A stretch of 64,000 bases of DNA from the IMG/VR virus record IMGVR_UViG_3300037483_001046. One strand, 5' to 3'. Positions 59,523 to 64,000 of the stretch are shown here, piece by piece. This DNA is from a virus. Below the pieces are notes generated by a model. It saw only the letters and a list, made by a program, of their open reading frames with translations. It made no database searches and was not told the origin of the DNA. The position numbers and the translations under genes are program-made. How positions within the stretch are numbered: position 1 is the first letter of the stretch; each line of letters begins with the position of its first letter.

Positions 59523-59762
59523 ATGGAAGAATTCAAAGTTGGTGATTTCGTCACTTCAAAAGGATATTCCCTTCATTATGGAAAAATTGTTGGGATAAGC
59601 GATGGATGCTATCATATTCAGGGTTGGGCCAAAGATGCTATTAAAAAAACAACATTTCTTTTTGTCGAAAGCATTTTAAAAAAGGCAACTAAGCCGCCGA
59701 AACTTGATCACGTATGCGACATGGTTCGGTCGATGATAAAAGTATACGGGAATGTTGTATAA
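59523..59762 (+). CDS. small protein (paralogue of 61556), KLD motif
   Basis: FKVGDFV...PPKLDHVCDMV. Confidence 0.7.
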   Translation: MEEFKVGDFVTSKGYSLHYGKIVGISDGCYHIQGWAKDAIKKTTFLFVESILKKATKPPKLDHVCDMVRSMIKVYGNVV

Positions 59763-60069
59763 AAATATGATGAAACTTGGCGACATTATTCAAGCAAGAA
59801 ACAGCAAAATATGCGGAGAAATTGTTGGTAGCTATATTCTTCTAAATGACGAATATATCCCAACAATGGGGGAGATTACAACAAGCGGAAATGACAATTG
59901 GGGATATGTAATCAAAGCATTCGGGTTGAAACAATCTTTTTTTAAGATTTGTTTTTCACACTATAAAGATGATTTGTATTATATTGCCGATAAAAAATTT
60001 CTTCCTATAAAAAATTCGGTAAAATTGGATGAAATTTCCAATTATATAAAATTCACATATGGCAGTTGA
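59752..60069 (+). CDS. small protein (paralogue of 61803), KLD motif
   Basis: ICGEIVGSY...DDLYYI...KLDEISNYI. Confidence 0.7.
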   Translation: MLYKNMMKLGDIIQARNSKICGEIVGSYILLNDEYIPTMGEITTSGNDNWGYVIKAFGLKQSFFKICFSHYKDDLYYIADKKFLPIKNSVKLDEISNYIKFTYGS

Positions 60070-60637
60070 CCACAAAAAGAAGATTTTGTTTATTCACCCG
60101 AGCAAATGCGCGGGCAAGTCCATAGAAACAAGTCTCTTTGGATTTGGAAAGATGGCAAAGTCTGATCACAAGAAGGTTTCAGACTATTCAGAAAAAATAT
60201 TGAGCGAATATTTTGTTTTTTCATTTGTCCGGAATCCATGGGATCGTGTTATTTCGGCTTTGTCAGATGCGTCAAATCGTATTGACCCAAAACGATTCAA
60301 TATGGACAAATTGAATGATCATCTTAAGGCATATTTTAGCAAGTCAGCAAAGGTTGCAACCATAGTTGGTGGAGGAATGCTTCCTTGTGATCAAATGTTC
60401 TTAGATAATCATGGTAAAAATAGAGTTTCCTGGGTTGGTAGATATGAGAATTTAGAAGAAGATTGGAAAGATCTTTGTAAGATAATCAATGAAAAAATAT
60501 CCCTTCCTCATATCAACAAAAGCAATGAAAGGAATCATTACTCAACATACTACGATGATGAAAGCATTGAATTAGTTCGGGAGATTTTCTCCTGGGAAAT
60601 CAAAGAATTTGGATACAGATTTGAGGACAAAAGATGA
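60059..60637 (+). CDS. sulfotransferase family 2 protein
   Basis: FIHPSKCAGKSI, FVRNPWDRVIS, VGRYENL, PHINKS. Confidence 0.85.
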   Translation: MAVDHKKKILFIHPSKCAGKSIETSLFGFGKMAKSDHKKVSDYSEKILSEYFVFSFVRNPWDRVISALSDASNRIDPKRFNMDKLNDHLKAYFSKSAKVATIVGGGMLPCDQMFLDNHGKNRVSWVGRYENLEEDWKDLCKIINEKISLPHINKSNERNHYSTYYDDESIELVREIFSWEIKEFGYRFEDKR

Positions 60638-60831
60638 AAATTGGAGACAAAGTTATCGCCATAGCAGACACAGCGATCCTTCAAAAAGGAGAAATTTATG
60701 AAATAGCAAAAATCGATGGTTGTGATGTTTATGTCTCGGAGAAGGGATGGCGTTTTTTGTCATACCCATATGACACATGGTTTTCCAAAAAATTGGACAA
60801 AATTCTTGACACAATTTTGAAGAAACATTGA
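60634..60831 (+). CDS. small protein, KLD motif
   Basis: MKIGDKV...KKLDKILDTI. Confidence 0.6.
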   Translation: MKIGDKVIAIADTAILQKGEIYEIAKIDGCDVYVSEKGWRFLSYPYDTWFSKKLDKILDTILKKH

Positions 60832-60838
60832 GGAATTT

Positions 60839-61201
60839 ATGAACAACAATAAAAATGAAAAAATTATCAATATTGAGGACTATGATGGATTTGGGAATCC
60901 TCCTTTGAGGATCCATCTTCCACATGAATTTGGCAGTTTTTATGGTAAGAATTACCATTTTGGCAGACTTCATCACCTTAGTATTAGTATTGCAGCAAAA
61001 AAAGGAATGTGGTATTGGTGCCATTCATCCAGAGATTATCCCATAGTAGGAGAATACACAAATGCAATTTGCTCAGAACTAATTTATGTGTATGTACCAG
61101 ATTATGATGGGCATCTAAAATTGCATTTAGATTGTCGAAATAGCGCATTAAAGCTTGACAACATCATAAAAACCATTAGCGATCGCCGGAAAGGATGGTA
61201 A
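60839..61201 (+). CDS. small protein, KLD motif
   Basis: Ends ...LKLDNIIKTISDRRKGW. Confidence 0.6.
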   Translation: MNNNKNEKIINIEDYDGFGNPPLRIHLPHEFGSFYGKNYHFGRLHHLSISIAAKKGMWYWCHSSRDYPIVGEYTNAICSELIYVYVPDYDGHLKLHLDCRNSALKLDNIIKTISDRRKGW

Positions 61202-61555
61202 AAGAACCTTAATTTTTTAAAACCTCATGGAGAAAAGGCTAAAGAAATTGCCTCGTCATATTTATTATTGTGAATCCAAGAGAGCAATTACAAGCCATGA
61301 TTGAAGGCGCCATTATTGGCAGCATACACAAGATTGAAGATAGTCATCAAGAAATTTTATTTGATCCAAATCTTGTTAAAGATTTCACTCAAGCGTGTAC
61401 AAATGAGCAAATCTCTTATTTGAGACAATGTAACATGAAACATATTTTAATGTGTATGTCTTTTTATTATCTTGGGTTTGGATCCGGCGAAAAAACGATA
61501 ATAAAAAAAATTATTGGTTGACATTATTATTGAAGAATGATATAGAAGACTTGAA

Positions 61556-61810
61556 ATGCCAAAATTTAAAGTAGGAGATTTTGTTGCCTCACCAGATCAT
61601 GATCTGAATTATGCCAAAGTTGTCAACACTATTGACAACGACACCATTTGTGAGATTAAAAGTTTGGCTGGATCAATTGGCTTTAATTGGACTGATGGAA
61701 TTTTTTGTTTTGCCAATAGTATTCTTAGAAAAGTAAATAATCCACCGAAACTTGATAAGACATGTGATATGATTTACTCAATGATAAAAGAATATAAGAA
61801 AGTTGTATAA
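61556..61810 (+). CDS. small protein (paralogue of 59523), KLD motif
   Basis: FKVGDFV...PPKLDKTCDMI. Confidence 0.7.
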   Translation: MPKFKVGDFVASPDHDLNYAKVVNTIDNDTICEIKSLAGSIGFNWTDGIFCFANSILRKVNNPPKLDKTCDMIYSMIKEYKKVV

Positions 61811-62135
61811 AATCAGCATGAAGAAAATAGGCGAGACCATTAAGTCAGTAAATAGCGGTATTTGCGGAAGAATTGTTGGGAGTTACACCATCAAAAATAA
61901 TGATACAGATACAAATGACAAAATTACTAAAATGGGAGAGGTTACAGAAAATGCATTCGGATACATAGTCAAGGCATTTTCTTTCAAGTGTTGCAGATTT
62001 CCGAATTGCTTTAGAAATTGCGTTAGACATTTTAGAGATGATTTATACTATATCTCGGAAACAAAATCTTGTCTTGTGACGACTAACACAAAATTGGATG
62101 AAATATTCAAATACATTTTATATATTGAGGCATAG
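61803..62135 (+). CDS. small protein (paralogue of 59752), KLD motif
   Basis: ICGRIVGSY...DDLYYI...KLDEIFKYI. Confidence 0.7.
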   Translation: MYKISMKKIGETIKSVNSGICGRIVGSYTIKNNDTDTNDKITKMGEVTENAFGYIVKAFSFKCCRFPNCFRNCVRHFRDDLYYISETKSCLVTTNTKLDEIFKYILYIEA

Positions 62136-62407
62136 ATGGTTGACACCATTATCAAAAAATGATATACAAACTTCATGATATGGGGAATTGGTTCAATTAT
62201 TGTAGGTGCTTTATGCTTCGGTTTCTCGGCAAAGCCAGCTTGGGCTGACAAATACAAAGGACTATGGGCATGCTTTTTAAGCGGCATTTTGATTGGAATG
62301 GGCGCAATAATTCTCCTTCTTCATAAGGGTGCATTTTGCGCAGAGTGTTTAAAGGTTTGTCAATAATTTTCTGACAAACATTCGTCCCAACTTGGTATCA
62401 TTTAGGC

Positions 62408-62860
62408 ATGATTCGAAAAGCAAAAACATTTCCAACAACTGTGCCAATTTTAGAGGCTGCCGACTTCTGCAAAGGAGACTTCAACAAAGGCGAAACTTGC
62501 TGTATGATTGGCTGGTTTCGAGAAATCTTTGAAGGCGAATCGAAAGCAGAGGAAAATGCCGCAAGAGAGAATACAGGAATGTGCACGAGCGGCATCAGAT
62601 TATACGGAATTTCTTTAAAGAAAAAGTATAAGCATTTTGGAACGCAAGCGATGCAAGCTCTCATGATTGAAGCAAAAAGGGTAGATAAAGACGCTCAATT
62701 TCGGATATTTCCCTCGTTAGATCGAAATACTCATTACACATCTGAAAATCTTATCGAATTCAATGATTACGTGGGCCGAAAAAATGAAAGCCTTGCTAGG
62801 GTATGGAACCGTGCGATGGCACGTCTGGGCTACGTTGAAGGAAACCCAGAAGCCCGTTGA
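62408..62860 (+). CDS. hypothetical protein, CC-motif family
   Basis: TCCMIGW...EFND. Confidence 0.65.
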   Translation: MIRKAKTFPTTVPILEAADFCKGDFNKGETCCMIGWFREIFEGESKAEENAARENTGMCTSGIRLYGISLKKKYKHFGTQAMQALMIEAKRVDKDAQFRIFPSLDRNTHYTSENLIEFNDYVGRKNESLARVWNRAMARLGYVEGNPEAR

Positions 62861-62931
62861 CAAAGAGCTAGAAAAGTTCTATAAGAATGGGGCGAGTTTC
62901 GCCCCATTTTCAATTTCAGAAAAGAGCCTTT

Positions 62932-63168
62932 ATGAGAGAAAGAATAGGAACAAGAGATGATCTAGAGCAAGCGATTGGAGAAGACAATTTCGATAAACTA
63001 TTGTCTTCAAGCTCTTTATTCAATAAAAAATGTCCGATATGTGATCGTTCTTTTGCAAGGCATTCTGGAAATGCATGCAGACTGCTAACTGGAGAATATT
63101 GGCCGGTTGAAAATCTATTGAAAGGTTTCAAATTAGACACAATTATCGCATTCATTTTTCCAAAATGA
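62932..63168 (+). CDS. small Cys/His protein (paralogue of 63340), KLD motif
   Basis: CPIC...HSGNAC...WPVENLLK..KLDTIIAFI. Confidence 0.65.
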   Translation: MRERIGTRDDLEQAIGEDNFDKLLSSSSLFNKKCPICDRSFARHSGNACRLLTGEYWPVENLLKGFKLDTIIAFIFPK

Positions 63169-63339
63169 CACGCAAAGAATTCGTTCGATTGGTCAAAAAA
63201 GGTACGATGAACCTTTTATGGCATAATGCGGAGACAAATGAGAGAACCGCTATTGCGCCATTGACAGGAATGATAGTCACGCTGAGGCCAGACTTACCAG
63301 GTTTGCCCGTTAAAATGGAAACAGAAAAGGAATAAAAAG

Positions 63340-63633
63340 ATGAACAAAGCGCTCAAAAATGGCGAAATAACCAAAGCCATAGGAAAATCTCAAGGAGGGT
63401 TTTCCCCTAATGGTCATCTCTGTCCAACATGTCTAGAAGTCTATGGATTTCATTCCGGAAACTGTTGTAAAAGACATGGTTTCGACTTTGATACAGGAGA
63501 TTCACGTCAAGCCGAAGCAGATGGGAAATTTTGGCCGATAGAAAACCTATTAAAAATCGAAAAAGAGAATGGAAATGTCTACAAACTTGATGAGATATTA
63601 GGGTTTCTGTTTTTCAAAAGAGATCAGCAATAA
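63340..63633 (+). CDS. small Cys/His protein (paralogue of 62932), KLD motif
   Basis: CPTC...HSGNCC...WPIENLLK...KLDEILGFL. Confidence 0.65.
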   Translation: MNKALKNGEITKAIGKSQGGFSPNGHLCPTCLEVYGFHSGNCCKRHGFDFDTGDSRQAEADGKFWPIENLLKIEKENGNVYKLDEILGFLFFKRDQQ

Positions 63634-64000
63634 CATGCCATCATTAGACCAAATACGATATAAGCGATACATCAAAAATCTCAACAAGGACATTCAAGAT
63701 GCTTTGCAAGAAACTATTGAATTGCTGCGCCTAGGAAAGCGTTGTCCACGATCCAAGATTTATTTCTGGAAAGCCTTGTTGAATGAGAAAGACTTGTTGA
63801 ATGAAGACAAAGATGATGTGATAAGATGAAGTTGAATGAAATTTTGCGGACAATGTTTGAACATGGTTCTCATAATATTGGGAGAAAAATAAAAGTCAAA
63901 GCCCAAAAAGGAACCGGGATGGAACCTGGCATATATGAAATCACCCGTTCATATCTGTCAGGATATAGAACACCAATCCACAACACCAGCGACATCTCAT

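Noticed and set aside
1-64000. Stop-codon reassignment (alternative genetic code)
   Set aside because: Long recognisable genes (helicase, sigma, ligases, Thg1) are intact in the standard code and end in TAA, TAG or TGA; the methyltransferase break is a frameshift.

Overview
The window looks like part of the early/accessory region of a large lytic dsDNA phage. It is dense with small, almost all + strand ORFs, and I see no capsid, terminase, polymerase, integrase or rRNA genes. About 20 sigma70-type TTGACA promoters and repeated hairpin+RBS units punctuate it. The host is plausibly a myxobacterium (Nannocystaceae/Polyangia-like): there is a GC-rich lipoprotein island, a vWA lipoprotein, an RpoD-like sigma factor, a receiver domain and kinase-like proteins. 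Recognisable products: two AAA+ ATPases, SprT-like protease, GHKL ATPase-zincin fusion, DenV-like glycosylase, Nudix, UvrD-like helicase, metallophosphoesterase, 2OG-Fe(II) oxygenase, ClpS, PTP-like phosphatase, Thg1-like, KptA/Tpt1, a ligase adenylation domain, Rnl2-like RNA ligase, sulfotransferase and tRNA-Lys(UUU). Three things stand out. (1) A ROT/TROVE-like-TerD gene is followed by its own promoter, two co-varying structured ncRNA repeats and a terminator, with an RNA ligase two ORFs downstream: a candidate Ro/Y-RNA-like phage RNA-repair module. (2) A dispersed family of nine Gly-X micro-ORF elements has fixed ends; two half-copies are fused to unrelated genes. (3) Nine small ORFs share a C-terminal K-L-[DN]-x-[IVT]-x3-[ILV] motif. 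All family names come from motif recognition by eye; no database search was run.
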